Shown in pieces: positions 35,101 through 47,100 of a stretch of DNA of 64,000 nucleotides (its first letter is position 1; every line of letters starts with the position of its first letter). A program made the translations under genes and the position numbers. Under the pieces are notes generated by a model, which did no database searches, was not told the DNA's origin, and saw only the letters and a program-made list of their open reading frames with translations. Source of the stretch: Acidobacteriota bacterium (GTDB lineage: Bacteria; Acidobacteriota; UBA6911; RPQK01; JAJDTT01); contig CBDCJH010000002.1 in the NCBI GenBank assembly GCA_965217775.1, positions 1 through 64,000 on the forward strand. The letters are read 5' to 3'.

Positions 35101-38100
35101 TTACCGCTGAACCGGCACCACCGGCAGGGTCGTGAAGATCTGGTTGCCGGTGTCCAGCTCCACCGCCACTCCGGTGAACATCCCGTCTCCAACTGCCGTA
35201 CACCGGACCGACCCGACGAAGTCGGTCGTGTCCGTCCTCGTGAACACCTCTTCGATGAACCGGGCATTTTGCCCATTGCCGTCGAGACGTATGTCCACCT
35301 GCTCCAGCTCCTCACCCTGGCTCATCAACCGGCACCGCACCAGGGTCCGCTGTGGCTCCAGATTCCGGATGGCCGCCGCCGTGCGGATTCTTCCCGCCTG
35401 CCGCCGGGCTGGGAACAGGGCGTCGGTCAAGGGTTGACTGGCGCCGACCCCGGCCACGCCGACGCCCGGGATGTCAAATCGCAGGACACCGCCGATGGGA
35501 CCCGTGGACACGACTTGCACCGAGCCCGTGACGACCTCTCCCCGCCCATGCGTCGAGATCGTCAACTCACCCAGGCGAGCGATCGCGGTTCGGACGGTCA
35601 GACTTCCGTCGCCTCGCACCACCAGATCCTCCCCGACATCCACCATCGATTCCGGGTCCAGAAGATCGCCCGCCCGATCATAGAAGTAGATGGCCGGCCG
35701 GGCCGTTGACGCCGCCACGTTCACCAGCACCAGGTCGGAGGTGATCAAGGTTCCGTCGGCGGAAGTGCCATTGGCGAAGTGCGCGAAAGTCAGGGTCGTT
35801 GCTTCCTGCTCGCCACCCATCGGCTCCACGGGAACCACCGGCAGAGTGGTGAAGATCCGGTTGTCCGAATCCAGCTCCACCGCCACTCCCGTGAACGACT
35901 CACCGGCCGGGACCGTACAACGCACCGACCCCACGAAGTCCGTGGTGTCGGTCTCCGTGAACACTTCCTCGAGGAACTGCGCATCCTGGCCGTTCGCGCT
36001 GAGTTTGATCTCCCCCTCTTCCAGCACCCTGCCGTCCTTCATCAATCGGCACTGCACGTCGACGGCCTCCATTCCCAGGTTGTGGATGGCCGCCGCGGTG
36101 CGGATCCCGCCCTCCTGCCGCCGGGCCGGGAACAGGGCGTCCGCCGTGGGTTCGCTGGCGCCGACTCCGGCCACCCCGATCCCGGGGATGTCGAAGCGGA
36201 CCACTCCGCCGATGGGGCCGTCCGACACGACCCGGACCGACCCCGTCACCACCTCTCCCCGGCCGTGGGTCGAGATCGTCAGCTCGCCCAGCGACGCGAC
36301 CTCTGTCCGGGGCGACAGCCCTCCGTCGTCCCGGATCTCCAGATCGTCTCCGACATCCACCACGGACTCGGCTTCAAACAGATCTCCCTCCCCGTCGAAG
36401 AAGTAGACGGCGGGACGAATCTCCGACTCGGCGACGTTCACCAGCACCAGGTCGGAGGTGATGAGGACATCGTTGCCCGAGACCCCGTTTCCGAAATGGG
36501 CGAACTCCAGGATCACCTCCTCGGCCATGGGCGTGGTCTCGACCGGGCTGGAGGGAGGACTTGGACCGACCGAATTCACCGCCCGCACCTCGAAAACGTA
36601 GGTCCGGCCGTTGGTCAGTCCAGTGACCGTATGGGTCAGGTCCGTGGAACCGGTGGAGATCCACTCCCCGGCCCGGTCGATCCGGACCTCGTAGCCGGTG
36701 AGGGCGGAGCGGCCGTCGCTCTCGGGGGCCTCCCAGGAGAGAGTCACTTCACGGTCCCCGGATTCTGCCTGCAGGTTCAATGCTGCCGTGGGCACAGTCG
36801 CAGCCGGCGGCGGTGGTGGCGGAGGCGGCGGCGGCGGTGGTGGCGGAGGCGGAGGAGGAGGAGGCGGAGGAGGAGGAGGCGGAGGGGGAGGAGGAGGTGG
36901 CGGCGGGGCCGAGACTTCGTTGTCCTGGACCGTGACCCGGGCGCTCTGAGTCGAAGTGGGTCCCAGCCGGTACTCGGCTCCCGGCTGCAGCCGGGCGGTG
37001 ACCCGGCTGGTGGATTCGGCGACGTCGTCATCGTCGGTCAACACCTCCAACGTCGCCGTGTCCTGTCCGCCCTGGAACCGAACCTCCTTCGGCGGATCGT
37101 ACCCGCCCGAGGTCTCGATCATCGATCTCGTCTCCGTGACCTCCAGGCTCACCGTCAGCGAGGCCTCCGTCGGGGGTCCCCGCGTCAGCGTGAACTCCAC
37201 GGTCTCGCCTTCCGTCACCGTCTCCGATCCTTGCTTGGCCTGGATGGTGACCAGCGGCGGGTCCGCCCGTTGATCGGTCAACGCGTCCACGGCGTTGCCC
37301 ACCTCGTCCTGGATCGGGTTGAATCCCGGCGTGTAGCTGACCATTACGGTTTCGCCCGCTGTCACCGTTGAGGCCAACGCCAAGATGACACTGTTTCCGC
37401 TCACCCTAACCTGGACCACCGTTCGATCGTTTCCCGCCACCGTGACCGCGAAGTCAGAACTCGCTGGCGTCGAGCTATCATCCAACGGCTCGTCATAGTT
37501 GAGGGCAACCTGCAAGCCATGTACCGCCACGCTCTCCAGATCCGGCTCGCTCGTGTCCACCTTGTGGTCCGGCTTCGTCTCCACCGCCTCGTAGCTCCGC
37601 CCCGCCGGGTTGTCCGCCAGATCCAGGATCTTCCCCCCGTTGAGCGCGATGCTTCCCCGCGGAACGCTCACTCCGTCGTTGTCCTCGTCTCCCTTCTCCA
37701 CCGTGTAGACGAATACCACTGCGGCCCGGGCGGAACCCGTGCTGGCACTCGCCCGCTTCCGCCGGGCCCCCACCAGCAGGTCCAGCGTCGGCGTCCCCCG
37801 CACCGTGTCCAGCGTCACCGTCTCGTCGTACCGCACTGTCACCGAGATCATGTCTCCAATGGCGTACGTCTCGTCCGTCCCCGGGTCCGAGCTGATCTCG
37901 ATCGCTTCGATCGATGGGGCCGTCGTGTCCGGCGTCTGGTTGTCGACGAACTCGTCCCTGAAGGCTTCGGCATCGTTTCCGATCGCATCCTGAATCGGAT
38001 TCGATCGCGACTCGTAGCTCACCCGGATGCCTGTCTCTCCGTGCTCCGTTGACGGACTAACCGTCAGCCGAACCGTGCTCCCGGTCACCTGAACCCGAGT

Positions 38101-41100
38101 CACGGTGCGCGTCTCGTTGCCTCCCGCCACGGTGAAGTCGCTGGTCGCCGGCCGCGAAGAGGTGTTGAGCGTTTCGTTGTAGGTCAGCGTCAGCGTCGCG
38201 CCGTTGACCACCGCCGGATCGGTCATTGCCAGGACCGGGGCTACCGCGTCTACCTTGTGGCTCGAATTGTCCGCCACGGGGTCGTGGTCCAGCATGGCGT
38301 CATTGCCCGCGCCGTCGCGAATCGTTCCTCCGCCTCGCGACAGCTGGTTCGCCTCGATGCTCACCCCGTCCTCGTCGTTGTCGCCCGTGACCACCTGATA
38401 GGCGAACTTCACCGCCCGGCTCGAGACGCTTTTGTACTCCGCCATTCGGTTGCGGCCGCCCAGGTTCAACGTCAATTCGGGCGTTCCGGTGATCACCACC
38501 GTTTCGTCGAACGTCACCGTCACCTCGATGGTCTCGTCCACGCCGTAGGTCCGATCCGACCCCGCACTGGAGGTGATCCGAACCGTCGACACGGTCGGCC
38601 CCGTCGTGTCTCCCGTCTTGTTCGTGACGCTCTTGTTGCTCAACTGGTCCGCGTCGTTGCCGGCCGTGTCCTGAATCGGACTCGGCCCCGGCTGATAGTT
38701 CACCCGAAGGCCGCTCTCTCCGTTCGTAACTGCTGGGCTCAGCGTCAGGAACACCGCGCTTCCGCTGACCCGGACTCCGGTGACCGTCCGCGTCTCACTC
38801 CCTCCCGTCACGGTGAAGTCGTCCGCCGACGGGACCGAAGAGGAATCCAGCGGCTCGCCGTAGGCCAGCGTCAGCGTCGTGCCGCTGGCCACCGCCCCGT
38901 CGGACGTTGCCAGCGCCGGCTTGATGCCATCCACCTTGTGCTGGGAATCGGCCGCCACCGGCGCGTGGTTCAGCACGGCGTTATTCTGTGCGCCGTCGCG
39001 GATCGTCCCGCCGGACAAACGGTTCGCCTCGATACTCACTCCGTAGGCGGCGCTGTCGCCCGAGACCACCTTGTATTCGAACCTCACGGCTCCGCCTGTG
39101 ACGTTTCGATAGTTCGCCGTTCGACTCCGGCCGCCCAGGTTCAACGTCAGCCGGGGTGTCCCTGTCACCAGGACGGTTTCGTTGAACGTGACCGTCACTT
39201 CGATCGTCTCGCCGGCCGCATAGGTCGTATCCGGCCCCGCATTCGAGGTGATCCTCATCGTTTCCACAATTGGCCCCGTTGTATCTCCCGTGTGGTTGGT
39301 GACGCTCTGATTGCTCAGAGCGTCTGCGGCATTGCCCACCACGTCCCGGATTGGATTCCCTCCCGGCTGATAGCTCAACAGGAGACCGCTCTCTCCGTCT
39401 TGCACTGGGTGACTGAGCGTCAAGAAAACACCGCTCCCGCTCACCTGGACCCGGGTGGCCGTTCGTGCCTCGTTCCCTCCGGTCAAAGTGAAAGCGCTCG
39501 TTGCCGGCCTTGATGATGAGTTCAACGGCTCGCTGTAGGCCAGCGTCAGCGTCGTCCCGTTCACAACTGCCCCGTCGGTGGCCGCGAGACTGGGCTTGAC
39601 CCCATCCACCATGTGCCGCGAATTGGCCGCCACCGCTGCGTGGTCCAGGACCGCGTTATTCTGGGCACCGTCTCGGATCGTCCCGCCGCCTCCAGACAGA
39701 TGGCTCGACTCGATGCTCACCCCATCGTCGTCGCTGTCCCCCGCAACTACCCGGTAGGCGAATTTCATCGCCTTGCTCATGACGCCTTGGAAGTTCGCTG
39801 TTCGGCTCCGGCCGCCCAGGTTCAACGTCAAACGTGGAGTCCCCGTCACCACCACCGTTTCGCTGAACGTCACCGTCACTTCGATGGTGTCGTCCACACC
39901 GTAGGTCCGGTCCGATCCCGCACTGGAGGTGATCCGAACCGTCGACACGGTCGGCCCCGTCGTGTCCCCCGTCTTGTTCGTGACGCTCCGATTGCCCAAT
40001 CGGTCCGCATCGTTGCCGGCCGTGTCCTGAATCGGGTTCGAACCGGGCTGGTAGTTCACCCGCAGGCTGCTCTCTCCTTCCGTTACTGCCGCACTCAGGG
40101 TCAGAAAGACGGCGCTTCCGCTCACTCGGACTCCAGTGACCGTCCGCGTTTCACTCCCGCCCGTCACCGTGAAGTCATCCGGCGACGGTACCGAAGAGGA
40201 GTCCAGTGGCTCGCCGTAGGCCAGCGTCAGCATCGTCCCGTTGGCGATCGCCCCTTCGGTGGTCGCCAGGACGGGTTTGATCCCATCCACCTTGTGCTGG
40301 GCGTGTGCCGCCACCGCTACGTGGTCCAGGACCGCGTTATTCTGGGCACCGTCTCGGATCGTGCCCCCGGACAGGCGATTCGCCTCGATACTCACCCCGT
40401 ATGTGGCACTGTCACCCGAGACCACCTTGTATCTGAACCTCACGGCACCGCCCGTGACGTTCAGGTAGTTCGCCGTGCGGCTCCGGCCGCCCAAGTTCAA
40501 CGTCAGCCGCGGTGTCCCTGTCACTACGACGGTCTCGCTAAACGTGACCGTTGCCTCGATCGTCTCGCCGGCCGCGTAGGTCATATCCGACCCCGCATTC
40601 GAGGTGATCCGCATCGCCGCCACCACCGGTCCCATCGTGTCTCCCGTGTGGTTCGCAACACTCTGATTGTTCAGAGCATCTGCGGCATTGCCCACCATGT
40701 CCCGGATCGGATTCCCTCCCGGCTGATAGCTCAACTCGAAACCGCTCTCTCCATCTTGCACTGGGGGACTCAACGTCAGTAAAATAGCGCTCCCGCTCAC
40801 CTGGACCCGGGTGACCGTTCGGGCCTCATTTCCTCCCGTCACGTTGAAGGCGCTCGTTGCCGGTCTTGACGACGAGTTCAACGGTTCACTGTAGGCCAGC
40901 GTCAACGTCGTCCCATTCACAACTGCCCCGTCGGTAGCTGCCAAGCTGGGCTTGACCCCATCCACCGTGTGCCGTGAATCGGGCGCCACCGCCGCGTGAT
41001 CCAGCGTGGCGTCATTCCGCGCACCGTCTCGGATCATCCCGGTCCCTAACGACAGACGGCTCGACTCGATGCTCACGCCATCCTCATCGCTGTCCCCGGA

Positions 41101-44100
41101 GACCACCTTGTATTCGAATCTCACGGCTGCGCCCGAGACGCTTCTATAGTTCGCGGTTCGATTTCGACCGCCCACGTTCAGCGTCAGCTGTGGTGTCCCC
41201 GTCACCACTACCGTCTCGTTGAACGTCACCGTCACCGCGATCGTATCTCCCACACCGTAGGTCCGATCCGACCCTGCGTACGAGGTGATTGCCACGGTGC
41301 TTACCGTCGGCCCCGTCGTATCTCCGGTGTTGTTGGTAACCCGCTGGCTGCTCAGGCGATCCACATCGTTGCCCGCCGTGTCCTGAATCGGGTTCGCTCC
41401 GGTCCCCGTTGGAACCGTGTAGCTCACCCGGAGACCCGTCTCACCATGTTCAGCCGTCGGGGAGAGGGTCAGTTCCACCCCGCTTCCGTTCACTTGGACT
41501 CCGGTGACCGTTCGTGTCTCATTGCCCCCTGTCACGCTAAAGGCGTCGTTCGCAGGCACGGAAGACGAATCCAGAGGCTCACTGTATGCCAGCGTCAGCG
41601 TTGTGCCATTCGCAACGGCCCCGTCGGTGGTCGCCAGTTTGGGTTTGATTCCGTCCACCTTCTGCGCCGTGTCGGCCGCCACCGCCGCGTGGGATAGGAC
41701 GGCAGAATTCCTTGACGTGTCCCGGATCGTCCCGCTAGACAGGCTGTCCGCCTCGATGCTCACGCCGTCCGTGTCGCTGTCATTGACGGCCACCGCGTAG
41801 GCAAATACGACCATCGCCCCCGTGACATTCTCGTAGTACGCCGATCGATCCCGCTCTCCTACCTTCAGCGTCACCCGCGGGGTCCCAGAGACCATGACGG
41901 TTTCATCAAACGTCACCGTTACCTCGATGGTCTCGCCGATGCCATAAACGTCCCGGCCATCAGGGGGATCCGACGTGATCTCCACGGAGGTGACCGTTGG
42001 AGCCACTCGATCCGGGGTCTCGTTGGCCACCGGTTCTCCGCTCAGTCCGTCTGCGGCATTGCCTACGCGGTCCTTCACCGGAGCCGCTCCCATCCCCGTC
42101 GAAGGCGTGTAGCTCACCAGGATCCCCGTCTCCCAGTACTCCACGGGGGGAGCCAGGGTCAGATCCACCGCACGCCCCCTCACCTCAACATTGGAGACCG
42201 TGCGCGACGAAGCCCCTCCAAACACGATGAAGGCGCTGGCCGGCGGCGTCGAAGACGAGTCCAGAACCTCGTCGTAGGTGAGGGTCAGGGTCGTCGCGTC
42301 CACCACTGCCCCGCGGGTGGCCGCCAATGCCGGCTTCACCCCGTCCACCTTGTGCCGAGAATTGTTCCCCAACGCTCGATGATCCAGATCGGCCTCGAAT
42401 CCCGCACCACCTTTAATCGAGCCACCGTTGAGTGCGAGATTGTCCGCCTCGATGCTCACCCCGTTGGTGTCGATATCACCCTCGAGCACCCGGTAGCGGA
42501 ACAGCAATTCTGAGCCTGTAACGCTTACGTAGTCCGCCGCTCGATCCTCGTCCCCGACTTTCAGTGTCAGCTGAGGGGCTCCCATCACCTCGACGCCGTG
42601 ATTGAAGGTCACGGTCACCTCGATCGGATCGCCTATCACGTAGGTTGCATCGGATCCCGGATCCGACGTGATCTCCAACTTGCTCACCGTCGTTCTTGGC
42701 CACACCGTTACGGTGAAGTACTGCGTTGCGACGGCAGTCGACCCGGCGGTCTGGACCGCCGTCACGGTGATCGTTGTTCGACCAACGGCCAACGGGGCGA
42801 TGGTCACTTCGGATCCGGACACACCGACGGTCGCGATGGAGGTGACGGACGAGGAGGCCTCATATATCAGAAGATCGTTTTCCGGATCCCGAAATCCTCC
42901 TGAGACGTCCACGGTCTCCGGCTCCGCCCCCACTTGCAGCGTTCGGTCTTCCAGCGGTCCCGCTACGATTGGAGGCTGATTGAGTTGGCCGGCGTATATC
43001 AATGCCGTCCCGCTCACCTCGCCGCCTCCCTCGATATTGGCTGCGACCCGGTACAAGTAACGCGGGCCGGCGAAGGAGGTGGTATCGACATGACTGAGCG
43101 CGGTAGTGTTCTCCAAGAGAGGAGTTTCGGTGCCGTCGGAATAGCTCCAGGTTTCCGCACGGGTCAGCGTATAGGCAACGTCCGGTGGCGGCGTCCATGC
43201 GCTGACGTCGGATGCCGTCCAGTTCAGGTTCACGATCTGGCTGGTACTTGTCGCCGTCAAGGTCGGGCCGGTACGCACCTGGTAGCCGAACTCTTGCCAG
43301 GTCGCCTGACCGTTGCCGTCGAAGTCCACCGACAGGACCGGATACTGCGAAGACGTTCCAAAGTGCCACGGATCATCGGGGATGGCGTCGGAATCAAGAT
43401 CGAGGTTCCACTGATCGTAGATGCCTTGGTAGGACATCGGGGTTTGTAGTGCGGACCTTGTCTGGCCGATTACGCCGCCCGTCGGCGTCTCGCTTCTCTC
43501 AATAAAACCGTTGTTGTTCCAGTCATCGTTGCCGACGCCCACGCGTCGGACCGGATTTCGAAGTGAGGGCGGCCGAGACCTGAAGGCCTGAAAGTCCCAA
43601 TAGTTGAATCGAGCCTGAAGATCCGTCCCGCTACCGACGAGGGCGCCAACCTTTCTCAGTCCCAGGACCGGTCCCGTGGCGTAGTTCGCTATTAGTTCGC
43701 CGCTGGCGCTGCCGGCAAGCCCGCCCACATCCTCGTCCCCGAACACCCTTCCCTTGGCATAACTTGCCTCAATTTTCCCGCTGGTATTGCCGGCAAGCCC
43801 CCCCACGTTATCGTCACCTAAAACACGGACGTCAGCGTAGCTGGCGAGAATGCGGCCGTTGGTTTTGCCCACCAAGCCGCCCACGTCCGCCTCACCGGAC
43901 ACTTCGCCTGCGGCAAAGCACCCGCTGACCTCCATGTTTTCACCACGCCCAACCAAGCCGCCGACCGAGTCTTTTCCCGAGATTCGAACATTGGTCATGC
44001 CGACATTGCTGATTGTGTAAACCGAGCCGCCATCTTTGCCGAAGAGTCCAAACAGGCCGACCGAATCCTCATCGGCCCGGTCGATGAACAGATTGACCAA

Positions 44101-47100
44101 GCGATTGCCGTTGCCGTTGAAGTTTGCCTCGTACGGAGAAAATGTGGGGCCGCCTATGGGGTACCAACCGTCACCGTCGTTCCAGTACTCATCGTTTTCG
44201 TCCACGCTACCGCTGCCGTCGGTGTCAAAGTCGAGCGTGGCCGTCAGTTCATAGCCGCTGCATGTGCTGGGACACCCCATGCCCAGCGCCGCTCCGTCAA
44301 ATGCCTCGTAGTAGTACAACCAGCCCGGAGAGTATTCCGCAGGCTGCGGCAACCCATCTCCGTCCCGGTCTACCCGGATGGCGTTGAGTTGGTCCAAGCT
44401 GGAGACCTCGATGAGGCCGTCGTTGTCCACGTCATAGTCGCTACTGCCCAATCCGATCGTGACCGTGAATGTAGTCGTTACGCTCAAGCCATCCGGATCG
44501 GTCGCACGCACGTTTACCGTGACGCGGCGGGCTGCCTTTAACGGGCTCACCACGAGGTTGCTCCCGGAAACAGTGGCCGACAACACTTCGGTGTCGGTGA
44601 GAACCGTGTAGGTCAAGGTGTCGGTGTCCGGATCTGCAAACACAGTCGTCAAACTGATCGTCACGGCGGGATCACTCGGTGAGAGCGTTCGGTCGGCCAG
44701 AGTCCCCTCCACGGTGGGCGCACCGTTGCGGTCCGCCTCCGCGACATCCACCGCGTCCACTGCTCCCGGCGCCATCACGATCCCGGCGCCGGAATCGCGA
44801 TCGACGCCGGCAGCCTCGATGTCCAAGACCGCGGTCCCGGTCGTCATCCCTGTACGGAGCTGCTCCAGGGTGACTTCGTTCGGACCACCCGCCGCTTCCA
44901 GCATCAACGCTGCGATCGCCGCGGCGTGCGGAGCCGAAGCCGAGGTGCCGCTGAACGTCGAAAATCCGGGCGTCGAGGTCGAAACCGCATCCGCCGCGGT
45001 CAGATCCGGCTTCTGCAGCAGCTCACCGCCGGTGGACGAGAAGTTGTTTGCCGTAATCGGTGTGCCGTCGGCTTCGAAGAAGATCCGCCGGGGCCCGTCT
45101 GAGCTGAAGGTTTCGACTTTCTCCGAACCGTCGAAGACGCGGCCCGGACCCCGGGCGGTTTGCACGTCGACTGCGGCCACTCCCACCACCTCCTTGGCAG
45201 CGTTATGGCCCCAGGTCTGGCCGGATGTCGTGATCTCCATCTCCCCTCCCAAGTAGTGGAGACGCAGATAGCGGTCGTCGGCGCCGGAGTTCTTGACGAT
45301 CACGAGGCGGTCGTTCAGGTGATTTGAAAAGTACGACGATTCCGCTCCGATGGACTCGAAGGGATCCTGAGTGCCGTCCTGCGTGTCCGTTGAGCTGTCG
45401 ATTATGTTGCCTCCGGGGGTGATCAGAAACAGGTCGTAGTCGTTCGCCGAGCCCCCCACCGGATCCGCCCACTGCAAGATGATGGGGTAGATGCTGTCTT
45501 CCGTGATGCGATTCTGAACAACGCCACCGCCGAAGTCGTGTGCAACGACCGTGTTGCTGCCCAGAGTGGTCATACTCCCAGCCGCGTAATCTCCCTCCCA
45601 GACCCCCGCCGTTAGATCGTTCTTGTTGCCAAAGTTGCCGGCAGACGAAAAATGGAAGCAACCGGCGTCGACTGCCGCGCTGACGCCCTGCGCAATCATG
45701 CCGTCCTGGAAGGCCGGTTCCGCAAAAAACCCGACGTCGTCGACAATGACGTCGGCGCCGGCGGCGCAGAGAGCCTCGATATTTTCGGCCATCTGCGCCT
45801 CACTACCCCCAGCGGCGGCGAAGTACAGCTCAGCTCCGGGCGCGAGATCATGAACGATCTCCAGCATCGCCGTCCCCTCGGTGCCCGAGGACACGAGGTC
45901 GAAGTATCGAGACCGGCCCCCCTCCTGTCCGGGCAGAACCGTGACCCAGTCCGGCAAGTCCCCATCCTCCTGCACGAAGCCAAGCGCGAGGACGCCATCC
46001 GAGATGACCCCGACGCCGATGCCCGTGCCATCGACGCTGTGCGTCTGCCGCGCCACATCCGCTCGGTGGGCGACGTCACCCTCGGTCGTGTTCTCCTTGT
46101 TGAACACCGGACTGTCATTGAGCTGGGTCCGTAAATCCGATGAGACACGTTTCGTGCTCTTTCTCACGATTGGCTCGGAAGCGGTCCGGACAATCCGGAC
46201 CGCGTCGAGCTCTGCGAGCGTTACCACGGCAGCGAGCGGAAGTCGCGCCCGGATGGCCCGGTACCGCGGTACGCTGTTGACCACCTCGCCTCGCAGGGCC
46301 CGGATGCGATCCAGGACTTCCGGTGTGACATCGGCCCTAATGTCCACCTTCACCAGTTTCTCCCGAACTCGATTACCGGGTGTCGACCGCCCTGCGTCCA
46401 GAAGACGCGAACTCACTTTCCGCTGAGCACGCGTCCGCCGTGCCTTCGCTGCCAGCACCGCCTGGATCTGCCGCACGGCATTCGCTGTCAGAACCTGGCC
46501 GACCTGTTCCGTCACCTCTCCGGTTCGGTTCACCACAGCCTGATTCGTGAACTCTGCAGCCTCATTTCCGGCCGGGTCCCGGACCGGATTCGCCGTTCCT
46601 TGCGTGGGGGCGGTGTAGCTCACTGTTACCGGCTCGCCCTCAACCACCGAAGAGGCCAGCGTCAACGATACGATGCTCCCTGTCATTTCAACCGTAGTGA
46701 CGTCTCGCCTTTCGCCCGCCACAGCCACACGGAAAACTCCTGCCTCCAGCGTCGACGATCCGTCGAGCATCTCGTCGTAACTTAGCGTTAGCTTGGATCC
46801 ACTCACCGCTGCCGCATCGTTGTCCAAGAGCGACGGCTTGACGCCGTCCACCCTCTGGCCGGCTTGGTCCAGCAGTCCCGCATGGGTCAGCTCTGCGGCA
46901 TTTTCGGAACCGCCCTCAATAATTCCCTTGTCCACAGAAAGGCTGTCCGCCTCAACACTCAACCCATCGGTGTCTTCATCGTCGTCGGCCACGTTGTAGG
47001 AGAACATCAGCGCCTGCGTGCCGGTGCCGCTGGAGTAGCTCGCGCTCCTGGTGAGGCTCCCCACCCTCAGTCCCAACTGCGGCGTCCCGGCTACGGTCAC

